A stretch of 64,000 nt of DNA from positions 2,324-66,323 of the forward strand of contig DUOO01000028.1 of the NCBI GenBank assembly GCA_012838795.1, in the 5' to 3' direction. The notes beneath the pieces are model-generated. The model was given only the letters and a program-made list of their open reading frames with translations, was not told the DNA's origin and did not search any database. How positions within the stretch are numbered: the stretch's first letter is position 1; each line of letters starts with the position of its first letter. This DNA comes from Clostridiaceae bacterium (GTDB taxonomy: Bacteria; Bacillota; Clostridia; Saccharofermentanales; DTU023). Made by a program: the position numbers and the translations under genes. Below are positions 47,960-55,847 of this stretch, one piece after another.

Positions 47960-49567
47960 ATGAAGAAAAAATATAGACCTACTCTTCATGCAAATGTAAA
48001 TTCTCAGCATATTTCTGTGGTTAGAGATTTAAGAGACTTATTGATTTCGCGTGCAAAATCTGCCTCAAATAAAATTGCTTTCCGATATCGAGTTGCCCGC
48101 AATGAAATAAGAAATGTTACCTTTGCGGAATTTGCTGATGAAGTTACTGAATTAAGTAATTTTTTATTGGAGCAGGGTTTTATAAATAAACATATTGCTA
48201 TTATCGGTAAAAATTCTTACCAATGGGTTTTAGCCTTTTTTGCGATTACAACTACCGGAAATGTTGCAGTTGCTCTCGACAGTTCTCTTGATAAAAATCA
48301 AGTTGCAAAATATCTGCAACATAGTGATAGTTGTGCAGTTTTTTGTTCTAAAGAATACTATGCGGATTTAAATATGTTACTCACTGATTCCAATGTTTCT
48401 GTTTTTAAACTGAATGGAATTAGTGAATTAATAAATAACTGTAATATGCCAAATTCAAATAATCATATTCAAATTAATCCCGATCAACCTGCTGCTATTT
48501 TCTATACTTCAGGTACATCCGGAGAGAGCAAAGGTGTTATTCTGACTCATAAAAATTTTGCTTCAAATATTAATACCCATCGTGAAAAATATATTGCTAA
48601 AGGTGAAACACTTTCAGTTTTGCCTTACCATCATGCTTATGGACTGTCTGTAGCAATTTTATTCGTTTTTAATGAAGAGCATACTATATTTATTAATAGC
48701 GGGCTTAAATTATTATTAGAAGATTTTATAATATCTTCGCCTGTAGTAATGGCAATTGTACCTTTATATCTGAAGCATTTTAAGAAACGCATATTAGATG
48801 GAGTTAAAAAGAATAATGCAGAAAATAAATTTGCTTTTGGTATAAAACTTTCTAAGTTTTTACTTAAATTCGGCATTGATCTGAGAAGAAAAATCTTTAA
48901 GGATATTCATGCAGAGTTTGGCGGTAACTTAGTTGATTTAATTTGTGGCGGAGCACCGATTGAAGATGAATTAATTCAATTTTTTAAAAATATCGGAATA
49001 ACTGTAACAAACGGGTACGGATTAACTGAAACATCTCCGGTAGTTTCTACTGAAAAAGCGGACGATACTCGTGCAGGCAGTTGTGGGACAGTACTCAGCT
49101 CTTGTCGTGTTAGAATAGCTGAAGACGGGGAAATATTTATTAGTGGTGACAGCGTCTTTATAGGTTATTATAAAAATGAGGAACTAACCGGGGAAGTATT
49201 ACGTAATGGAGAATTTGCAACAGGTGATTTAGGCCATCTCGATCAGGACGGATTTTTATATATTACCGGACGCAAAAAGAATCTGATTATATTATCTAAC
49301 GGCGAGAACATTTCGCCGGAAGAAATCGAAATGAAACTTGGACTATATCCCGGAGTAGCGGAGGTAGTTGTTTTAGCTGAGAATGACAAATTAGTCGCTC
49401 ATATTTTTCCGGAAGAAGAATATTTAGGAAATTTAGAATATTTTATGAAAATTAGGAAAGAGTATAACTCTACTGCTAACCAGTATAGAAAAATAGCAGA
49501 TATTATTTTACGTGATCGGGAATTTATTAAAAACTCCAATCGCAAAATATTGCGTCATAAAATATAA
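47960..49567 (+). CDS. AMP-forming acyl-CoA synthetase (long-chain fatty acid-CoA ligase-like)
   Basis: YTSGTSGESKGV, GYGLTET, TGDLG, GRKKNLI. Confidence 0.8.
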   Translation: MKKKYRPTLHANVNSQHISVVRDLRDLLISRAKSASNKIAFRYRVARNEIRNVTFAEFADEVTELSNFLLEQGFINKHIAIIGKNSYQWVLAFFAITTTGNVAVALDSSLDKNQVAKYLQHSDSCAVFCSKEYYADLNMLLTDSNVSVFKLNGISELINNCNMPNSNNHIQINPDQPAAIFYTSGTSGESKGVILTHKNFASNINTHREKYIAKGETLSVLPYHHAYGLSVAILFVFNEEHTIFINSGLKLLLEDFIISSPVVMAIVPLYLKHFKKRILDGVKKNNAENKFAFGIKLSKFLLKFGIDLRRKIFKDIHAEFGGNLVDLICGGAPIEDELIQFFKNIGITVTNGYGLTETSPVVSTEKADDTRAGSCGTVLSSCRVRIAEDGEIFISGDSVFIGYYKNEELTGEVLRNGEFATGDLGHLDQDGFLYITGRKKNLIILSNGENISPEEIEMKLGLYPGVAEVVVLAENDKLVAHIFPEEEYLGNLEYFMKIRKEYNSTANQYRKIADIILRDREFIKNSNRKILRHKI

Positions 49568-49582
49568 GTTTCATAGTAATAA

Positions 49583-52195
49583 TCAACTGTGGTCCTGCCA
49601 GAAATTTTCAATTTCGGAGAGCAAGTCTTGATGCTCGTCAAATTGTTTAACTAACCAGTCGTCAGGGAAGACAGTTTGCCATTCCGGACTGGAGTAACGG
49701 TCATCAATTAAGACAGCAAAGCCAATATCATTTTCGCTTCTGATTAATCTGCCCACAGCCTGTTGTACCCGATTAAAACCGGGATATTGATAACCATATG
49801 CACGTCCTCCTTCAAATTTCCCGGCGTAATATTGAGTCATGATTTCTCTTTCCGGCGATACTTGCGGCATTCCGGTACCAATAACAAAAACACCGGATAA
49901 TTGTTCACCTTGCAAATCAATTCCTTCATTGAAATGACTACCTAGAACGGCAAATGCTAAAAGACTTTTTGTGCCGAATATTTCAAATTTTTTCAAAAAA
50001 GCTCTTTTTTGTAATTCCGACATATTTCTGGTTTGAAAAATAATATCGACGTCATTATTACTTAAAATTGTTTTAGCTATAACATTTTTTATTTGAAAAA
50101 GATATTGATAAGAAGGGACAAAAATCAAATAATTTCCGATATGTTTCTGACAAGCATTAAAAATCAATTTAGCAATTAAAGGCATAGATTTTTCACGATC
50201 TTTTAAGCGTACGGAATATTCGGTCAGAGCGGCGATCAATCGATTTTCACATGGAAATGGCGAATCCAATATCAACATTTCCGCAGGCTGATCCCGCAAT
50301 TTATTATTTAATAATGCGTGATAATAATTGATTGGTGATAATGTGGCAGAAAAGAAGATAGTCGGATGTTTATTCAAGTAACAATTCGTTAAATGTTCTG
50401 CAGTATCCAAGGCCAATAAATAGCTGTCGGCAAAACCGATGTTACTTGGTCTGAAGGCAGTTATATATGCTTCATTAAAATAAAATTCAGCTACTTTGAC
50501 AAAAAAGATTAAGTCAAACCAAAAATCCAAAATAACTTGTCTGTCTTCAAAAAACTTTTGCCGGTCCAGAAAATCTCTAATCAGGTAAATCAATCTGCCA
50601 ATTTTAGTTATCAATAAATCCGGTAATTGTCTAACTCCGATAAAGTTCCGGTCTATTAACCATTGAGTGTTTAATTGTTCAGAAAAAAAGTTGTTAAACT
50701 CAGGTTTTTTACTACTCCGAAATATTTCAGAAAAATTTTGTAATTCATTAATCATGATTTCTAAAGTATTGATTAATAAACCGTATTGAATAGTGAAATT
50801 TAGCTGAGGACGTTTCAAAATATTACATACTTTAATGAGATCTTCACCTTTGATCCCGGCAGAATACATTATTCTTGCTCTTGAAGGAAGATTATGTGCT
50901 TCATCAATCAGAATTGCAGTTTTGTTATCGCTATCATTAATTTCGAAAAAACGTTGAATCTTTGCTTGAGGATCGAAAATATGATTATAATCACCAATGA
51001 TTACGTCACAATAATCAGCAAAATCTAATGATAACTCATGCGGACAAATTTGATGTTTTAAAGCCGTTTCCGTGATATTATGCGGCAGAATATCTTGCAA
51101 AGGCAATAAATCGTTTATTGCATCGGGTAATCTTTGATAATAATCAACAGCAAAAGGACAAATTGTTTGTTCGCAAAATAAATCCGGTTGAGTGCAAATT
51201 TTCTCTTTAGCTTGTAACAGAATACTTCGAATCATAAAACCGCAATTTCGCAAAATCTTCAAGCTCTGTAAAGCAATATCTCTGGTAGCAATCATGGCAG
51301 TAGCATAAAATACACGATTAATATACTTTGCACTTAAAGCTTTTATTGCTGGGTAGAGGGCAGCCATCGTTTTTCCGATTCCGGTCGGAGCTTGAACTAA
51401 AATTGAAGCATTGTCTCTAATTGTTGCCAAAGTTTGACGCATCATTTTTGTCTGACCGTCACGTATGCTATCAAAAGGAAAACCGGAATTTTTAATTGAT
51501 TCATTGCGCATATCTTGCCAAAGAAAAATATTCTTCATTCGGAAGATATATTCTTCACAAGTTGCAATCATAAATTCTGATAATTCATCCCATGTTAGAA
51601 TCTTGACCTTTTCGACGATTTCATCACTGTCGACGGAAATATAAATCAATTTTAAAGTTATGACATCGCTTTTGAGAGAATTATCCAAAGCTTCAGATAA
51701 ATTCGGAAACTTATTTTTTATATTTTCCGGATAATCGTTCTTTTTGATGTATTTAAGCAAATAGGCATATATTTTCAGTTGCGCCCAATGCACAGGATCA
51801 CCATGTTCAGGTAAAAAGTCACTATTGCCGCGAAAACTTTTAATTTCATATAGAATGATTTTATTATTCTTGATGGTTAAATTATCCAAACGTCCTTTTA
51901 TTTTTAAATGAATTTCAGAAGCAATGTAGTTTCCTGATAAACTTAATTCAGAACATACAATATCAAACTTCATAGTGTTATTTTTCTGATAAATAATAGC
52001 CGGATCATCATTTTTCGGTTTTTCATTGGAAGAGCTGTTTAAGTACGCGGAGAATTTTTGATGTATTTTAATACCGTCCAATGAATCAATTCCTCCATAA
52101 ACAGGCACAGCCAAACCACCACTACGGTGGATTGTTTCTGCTAATCGTCTGGCGGATATAGTAATTTGATTGCTAGCGATTGTGTTTTTCATCAA
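49583..52195 (-). CDS. ATP-dependent DNA helicase of the XPD/Rad3/DinG family (4-Cys Fe-S module) fused to an N-terminal PD-(D/E)XK nuclease-like domain
   Basis: N-terminus: GRLDNL, LYEIKS, QLKIYAYLL. Helicase: QAPTGIGKT, Cys quartet KIC..LFC..TIC..QICPHE, LIDEAHNL, QQAVGRLIRSEND. Confidence 0.75.
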   Translation of the reverse strand: MMKNTIASNQITISARRLAETIHRSGGLAVPVYGGIDSLDGIKIHQKFSAYLNSSSNEKPKNDDPAIIYQKNNTMKFDIVCSELSLSGNYIASEIHLKIKGRLDNLTIKNNKIILYEIKSFRGNSDFLPEHGDPVHWAQLKIYAYLLKYIKKNDYPENIKNKFPNLSEALDNSLKSDVITLKLIYISVDSDEIVEKVKILTWDELSEFMIATCEEYIFRMKNIFLWQDMRNESIKNSGFPFDSIRDGQTKMMRQTLATIRDNASILVQAPTGIGKTMAALYPAIKALSAKYINRVFYATAMIATRDIALQSLKILRNCGFMIRSILLQAKEKICTQPDLFCEQTICPFAVDYYQRLPDAINDLLPLQDILPHNITETALKHQICPHELSLDFADYCDVIIGDYNHIFDPQAKIQRFFEINDSDNKTAILIDEAHNLPSRARIMYSAGIKGEDLIKVCNILKRPQLNFTIQYGLLINTLEIMINELQNFSEIFRSSKKPEFNNFFSEQLNTQWLIDRNFIGVRQLPDLLITKIGRLIYLIRDFLDRQKFFEDRQVILDFWFDLIFFVKVAEFYFNEAYITAFRPSNIGFADSYLLALDTAEHLTNCYLNKHPTIFFSATLSPINYYHALLNNKLRDQPAEMLILDSPFPCENRLIAALTEYSVRLKDREKSMPLIAKLIFNACQKHIGNYLIFVPSYQYLFQIKNVIAKTILSNNDVDIIFQTRNMSELQKRAFLKKFEIFGTKSLLAFAVLGSHFNEGIDLQGEQLSGVFVIGTGMPQVSPEREIMTQYYAGKFEGGRAYGYQYPGFNRVQQAVGRLIRSENDIGFAVLIDDRYSSPEWQTVFPDDWLVKQFDEHQDLLSEIENFWQDHS

Positions 52196-52289
52196 TTTGA
52201 TCTTATCAAATAATTTCCGGTGTTAAAATAGTGATAAATTAAATAAAGCTTTCAATTCTTCTATTGGATTTTAATCATAACTACTCTTT

Positions 52290-52847
52290 TTAGAATATGA
52301 GAATTCCCAAACATGCAGCTATTATAATCAAAAATATTGAAGAAACACTTTTTTTCCGAAGTTTTCTTGATGTAAAGCATATGCAGAATAAAATTACCGT
52401 TATAACGAAAGCTTGCATATTAATGAAAATATCGGCATTAATCGATATTATATTATTTATAACCATAAAAGAGGCAGTTGCAAGAATAATGCCGATAATA
52501 CAAGGTACCAATCCGTTAAGTACAGCTTGAATATACTTATTTTTAAGGGCATTTTTGAGTAATACGGTAATTGTCAAAATAATTATGAAAGCCGGTAAAA
52601 CGACAGCAAATGTTGCAATTATCGCACCGAGCCAACCGGCTTGAGTACTGCCTACATAAGTGGCTAAATTAACCATAATCGGACCCGGAGTACTTTCGCT
52701 GACTGCTATCATATAAGTAAGCATATCATCATTTAACCAGCCATATGCAGAAACTACATCACGTATTATGGGGATTGAACTGTAAGCACCGCCGAAAGAA
52801 AAACAACCTACTTCAAAAAAACCTAAAAAGAGTTCCCATAAAATCAT
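52290..52847 (-). CDS. chrA: Chromate transporter (CHR family) half-size subunit
   Basis: FSFGGAYSSIP ... ESTPGPIMVNLATYVG. Overlaps its partner by 4 nt. Confidence 0.8.
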   Translation of the reverse strand: MILWELFLGFFEVGCFSFGGAYSSIPIIRDVVSAYGWLNDDMLTYMIAVSESTPGPIMVNLATYVGSTQAGWLGAIIATFAVVLPAFIIILTITVLLKNALKNKYIQAVLNGLVPCIIGIILATASFMVINNIISINADIFINMQAFVITVILFCICFTSRKLRKKSVSSIFLIIIAACLGILIF

Positions 52848-53422
52848 TTAACTGCACCGCCTTTAGAATTAATGTTTTCTTTGACAAGAAAGATTACCAA
52901 ATTTACAGCTGCTGCAATTATTAACAAACTGACCGAAGAAAAATTCCAGGCAAAAATATTAATCAGAAACATCACAAGAAAAGAACTAATCATGATAATT
53001 AATGAAAGAGGTTTTTTTGACATTTTGCTTATCATGTTAATTACAACATCAAGAATCAGTACACCAACTGCAATCTTAATGCCTTTGAATGCGTTTGCAA
53101 TAATCGTAATTTCCAGGAAATTATCTAAATATATCGATATAAAATATATTACAATAAAGGAAGGTAAGATAATCCCGATTGTTGACACGATAGATCCAAT
53201 AAGACCTTTCTGGCGATATCCGACGAAAGTTGCACAATTTATTGCAATGGGCCCGGGTGTGGATTCGGCAATAACTGTTAAATTCAACATATCGTCATGA
53301 GTAATCCATTGTTTTTTTTCAACACAATCTTGTTCAATGATTGGAATCATTGCATAACCGCCACCAAAAGTAAAAAGTCCTATTTTAAAAAAAGTAAAAA
53401 ATAAATTTAACAGAAGTTTCAT
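52844..53422 (-). CDS. chrA: Chromate transporter (CHR family) half-size subunit
   Basis: FTFGGGYAMIP ... ESTPGPIAINCATFVG. Confidence 0.8.
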   Translation of the reverse strand: MKLLLNLFFTFFKIGLFTFGGGYAMIPIIEQDCVEKKQWITHDDMLNLTVIAESTPGPIAINCATFVGYRQKGLIGSIVSTIGIILPSFIVIYFISIYLDNFLEITIIANAFKGIKIAVGVLILDVVINMISKMSKKPLSLIIMISSFLVMFLINIFAWNFSSVSLLIIAAAVNLVIFLVKENINSKGGAVK

Positions 53423-53580
53423 ATTTAATAATCCTTAATTCAATATATAAATAATATATAAGTTTTTACTTATACTTTTGTAAATTCAAGGAATTTATAT
53501 TATAAATTTTAAGTTAAAAAATGCCAAATACAAATGATTAATTTATGTCAGATATATATATGGTGTAACATAACAATATT

Positions 53581-53608
53581 TTGTAGATATCGCACACACT
53601 GCTATAAT
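53581..53608 (+). promoter_or_regulatory. Sigma-70-type promoter with extended -10 (TTGTAG, 16-nt spacer, TGcTATAAT), about 300 nt upstream of the ECF sigma gene
   Basis: Read directly. The -10 hexamer is perfect and the TG is at the correct offset. Confidence 0.45.
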
Positions 53609-53732
53609 ATGGTTAGATTGAAATTAGTATGCCGATATTGATAAATGAATGGAACGGTGTCGGTGATTGGGCAGATTAGATTTGATGCTGTGACATTAAC
53701 ACAATATAAAGTAAAATAAGATTTAAATAATT

Positions 53733-53791
53733 ACCAATTAGCCTGGCTTTTTCTTATTGCGGATATAGAGAAGCTCTGATTGGTTTTTTTG
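53733..53791 (+). terminator. Long imperfect hairpin plus T7 run (intrinsic terminator candidate) inside the sigma-gene upstream region
   Basis: accaattag / ctgattggt outer stem, gcttttt / gagaagc inner stem, then ttttttt (53784-53790). Confidence 0.5.
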
Positions 53792-53909
53792 TGTTGCACA
53801 TTTTTGTACTGCTTTTATATCTCTGTCGCTCCGGCTTTGAAAAAAACTTAAGTCCTGCCAATAAATCACAGCTCATTTTCGTCATAGTTAGTGAAAGGAG
53901 AAATAAAGC

Positions 53910-54425
53910 ATGGACAATGAAAGCTTAAGAAACAAACTTCTGGCCTTACAAAGTGGCGATAAGACAGCATTTGAAGATATCTATAACCACCTAAAGACGC
54001 CGATGTATACGATTATCTTGCGAATTACGCATGATAGATCAATATCAGAGGACATATTACAAGAAGTTTTCTTCAAATTGTATAAGTCGCCGCCTAAGCC
54101 CCCGATCAGGAAGCCTCGTGCATATTTATTCCAGATGGCGCGCAATTTGGCAATTGATCATGTTAGAAAGCTTCCGCAATATGCTAATTGGGATAGTGTT
54201 GAGAACATTGTGTATCTTCCGCTTGACGACTTTTCTACCAAAATGGATATTGATGATGCCTTGAAAACCCTGCCTTTGCTGGAATGTCAAATAGTGTCCT
54301 TGCGCATTAATGGCGGACTGAAATTTCGGGAAATTTCCGATGTGATGAATATTCCTTTAGGAACAGTTCTTTGGAGATATCAGAAGGGTATTAAACAATT
54401 ACGATCTATTTTATCGGAGGTGTAA
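53910..54425 (+). CDS. ECF-type sigma-70 family RNA polymerase sigma factor
   Basis: Region 2 (DILQEVFFKLYK, YLFQMARNLAIDHVRK), region 4 HTH (FREISDVMNIPLGTVLWRYQKGIKQLR). RBS aaaggag. Confidence 0.85.
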   Translation: MDNESLRNKLLALQSGDKTAFEDIYNHLKTPMYTIILRITHDRSISEDILQEVFFKLYKSPPKPPIRKPRAYLFQMARNLAIDHVRKLPQYANWDSVENIVYLPLDDFSTKMDIDDALKTLPLLECQIVSLRINGGLKFREISDVMNIPLGTVLWRYQKGIKQLRSILSEV

Positions 54426-54426
54426 A

Positions 54427-55260
54427 ATGAAAAAATTAATAGCTTTTATAATAGCACTCACGTGTATTTTATCTTTTTCAATAACTGTGTTGGCAACTGA
54501 TTCAAACAGCAATTCAGAGTTTATTGTAGAGGAATCATCGCTCAATGATATTACTTTTGAAAACATTGCAGCCCTGTATGAATATTGGGAAATAAACGGG
54601 TATCCCGATTATGTCGGATTTGTATACAGCACGGACGGAAGTACAAAAAATCTTACCGTTCTTCTTGTAGGAGATGACGGTACGGTTGAGAATCAAATTC
54701 GCAGTATGCTGATAAACGATTCCGGACTTTCCTTTGGAAACGCTAAATATTCATACAATGAATTAATGGCTATTTCAAGCGAGATCTCCTCCGAATATTT
54801 AGAAAATAATAAACTTTTTTATGGTCTAAGTGTCGGTTGGGGAGGAGTAGGTGACGGAGCGCCGGGCTTTGGCGACAGCGGAAGAGAGGCGCGTGTTGTA
54901 GTAGAGGTAGACAGCAGCATATTTGCCGAGTATACAAAACTGTTCAAGGAACTCTATGGTGACAAGGTTGTGGTATTCCAAAGCGGGGCTTTTGTGGATG
55001 AGAGTGACATAGCTGAGGCAAAAAATACAAGTCTGTTGTGGTTGCTGATACCGGTGGTGCTTTTGGTCGGAGTCGGCATTATATTTGCCATTCGCACAAA
55101 ACTGGTTCCGGCTTTGCAAACAGCGACAGGCTCTGTTGTTGCAAAAACGGCTCCTGTTAGCAGAAAACAAACGGTAGAAGCAGTAAAAAACAGTGAAGTC
55201 ACACCACGTGCCGAAGTATTTGACTCAATTTTATCTAAGATTGAAAAAGAAGATATCTGA
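54427..55260 (+). CDS. Hypothetical type-I membrane protein translationally coupled to the sigma factor (possible atypical anti-sigma or signalling partner)
   Basis: ATG sits 1 nt after the sigma stop. N-terminal signal peptide (VLA-TD), an extracytoplasmic domain of about 190 aa, one TM (LLWLLIPVVLLVGVGIIFAI), and a tail of about 55 aa. Confidence 0.45.
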   Translation: MKKLIAFIIALTCILSFSITVLATDSNSNSEFIVEESSLNDITFENIAALYEYWEINGYPDYVGFVYSTDGSTKNLTVLLVGDDGTVENQIRSMLINDSGLSFGNAKYSYNELMAISSEISSEYLENNKLFYGLSVGWGGVGDGAPGFGDSGREARVVVEVDSSIFAEYTKLFKELYGDKVVVFQSGAFVDESDIAEAKNTSLLWLLIPVVLLVGVGIIFAIRTKLVPALQTATGSVVAKTAPVSRKQTVEAVKNSEVTPRAEVFDSILSKIEKEDI

Positions 55261-55276
55261 TAACTTGTCCTGCAAA

Positions 55277-55306
55277 TCCGGATTGCCGTGTAACCGGCAA
55301 TCCGGA
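55277..55306. terminator. Perfect 12-bp GC-rich hairpin between the sigma cassette and tRNA-Leu
   Basis: tccggattgccg / cggcaatccgga, loop tgtaac. An A8 run follows on the + strand, and TTTG follows on the - strand. Confidence 0.5.
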
Positions 55307-55354
55307 CAAAAAAAGAATAACCATAAAGAGCCAGCCCTTTCTGATTATTCATCT

Positions 55355-55441
55355 TGGTGCGGAAAACAGGACTTGAACCTGCACGATCTTGCGATCACTA
55401 GCACCTGAAGCTAGCGCGTCTGCCTATTCCGCCACTTCCGC
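55355..55441 (-). tRNA. tRNA-Leu (anticodon CAG), long variable arm
   Basis: Reverse complement: acceptor gcggaag/tttccgc-type, anticodon stem-loop ctagc-ttCAGgt-gctag, variable arm tgatcgcaagatcg, T arm gcagg-ttcaagt-cctgt, CCA encoded. Confidence 0.88.
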
Positions 55442-55459
55442 ATTGATTAAGCAAAACTA

Positions 55460-55488
55460 ATAATAATCAAATTAATTAGTTTTTGCAA
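55460..55488 (-). promoter_or_regulatory. Sigma-70-type promoter for tRNA-Leu
   Basis: Minus strand: -35 TTGCAA, 17-nt spacer, -10 TATTAT. It ends about 18 nt before the tRNA 5' end. Confidence 0.45.
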
Positions 55489-55687
55489 GGATTTTCCATA
55501 AATGAAAATCAGATCTTAATTTAATTAATAAGAATTATCATTATTTAAGATTATAAACCTTTATAAATATGATAAAATTTTTATTTAACATTATCTACTT
55601 GTTATTTTCTACTCAAAATATGTTATTAATAATATTAATTAGTTGAAAAGTACTGAAAATCATTAAATCATGGATTATTTTTTTTGT

Positions 55688-55715
55688 TTGCTATAGAATA
55701 TCTATTCATTATAAT
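55688..55715 (+). promoter_or_regulatory. Candidate arg-operon promoter (TTGCTA, 16-nt spacer, TATAAT) with an ARG-box-like palindrome filling the spacer
   Basis: The spacer tAGAATatctATTCAt matches TGAAT-N4-ATTCA at 9 of 10 core positions. argR is encoded in the same window. Confidence 0.4.
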
Positions 55716-55847
55716 TAATAATTATACGTTTACAAATACTTTTTAAATATTAAAGAAATTATTATTAAAAAATATAGAATATGCTATTATATAAAACGTT
55801 TTTAATTAACTTGATATTAGACTTAATAATTGTTATACAGGTGATCT

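Noticed and set aside
52297-53300. Plus-strand ORFs of 77 aa and 142 aa opposite the chrA genes
   Set aside because: They are antisense shadows of two clearly conserved CHR-family genes, and their composition is low-complexity I/K/T-rich.
53750-53780. Possible att-type direct repeat of the tRNA-Leu 3' end (tcttattgcggatatagag versus tcttggtgcggaaaacagg at 55351-55370)
   Set aside because: A hand alignment matches only about half the positions (13 of 24). That is too weak to call an integration scar without statistics or comparative data.
53840-53900. Autoregulated ECF-type promoter (AAC ... CGTC) just upstream of the sigma gene
   Set aside because: A CGTC occurs at 53880-53883, but no GAAC/AAC -35 element lies at the required 16-17 nt spacing.
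54826-55352. Antisense ORFs of 114 aa and 132 aa opposite the sigma-partner gene
   Set aside because: These are shadow frames in the most GC-rich stretch of the window. They have no RBS, one runs into the tRNA terminator region, and the sense gene has coherent signal-peptide and TM features.
55451-55486. Inverted repeat gcaaaactaat / attagtttttgc next to the tRNA-Leu 5' end as a possible mobile-element terminus or att site
   Set aside because: It coincides with the -35 / -10 window of a well-spaced minus-strand promoter for the tRNA, and no partner repeat was found elsewhere in the window.
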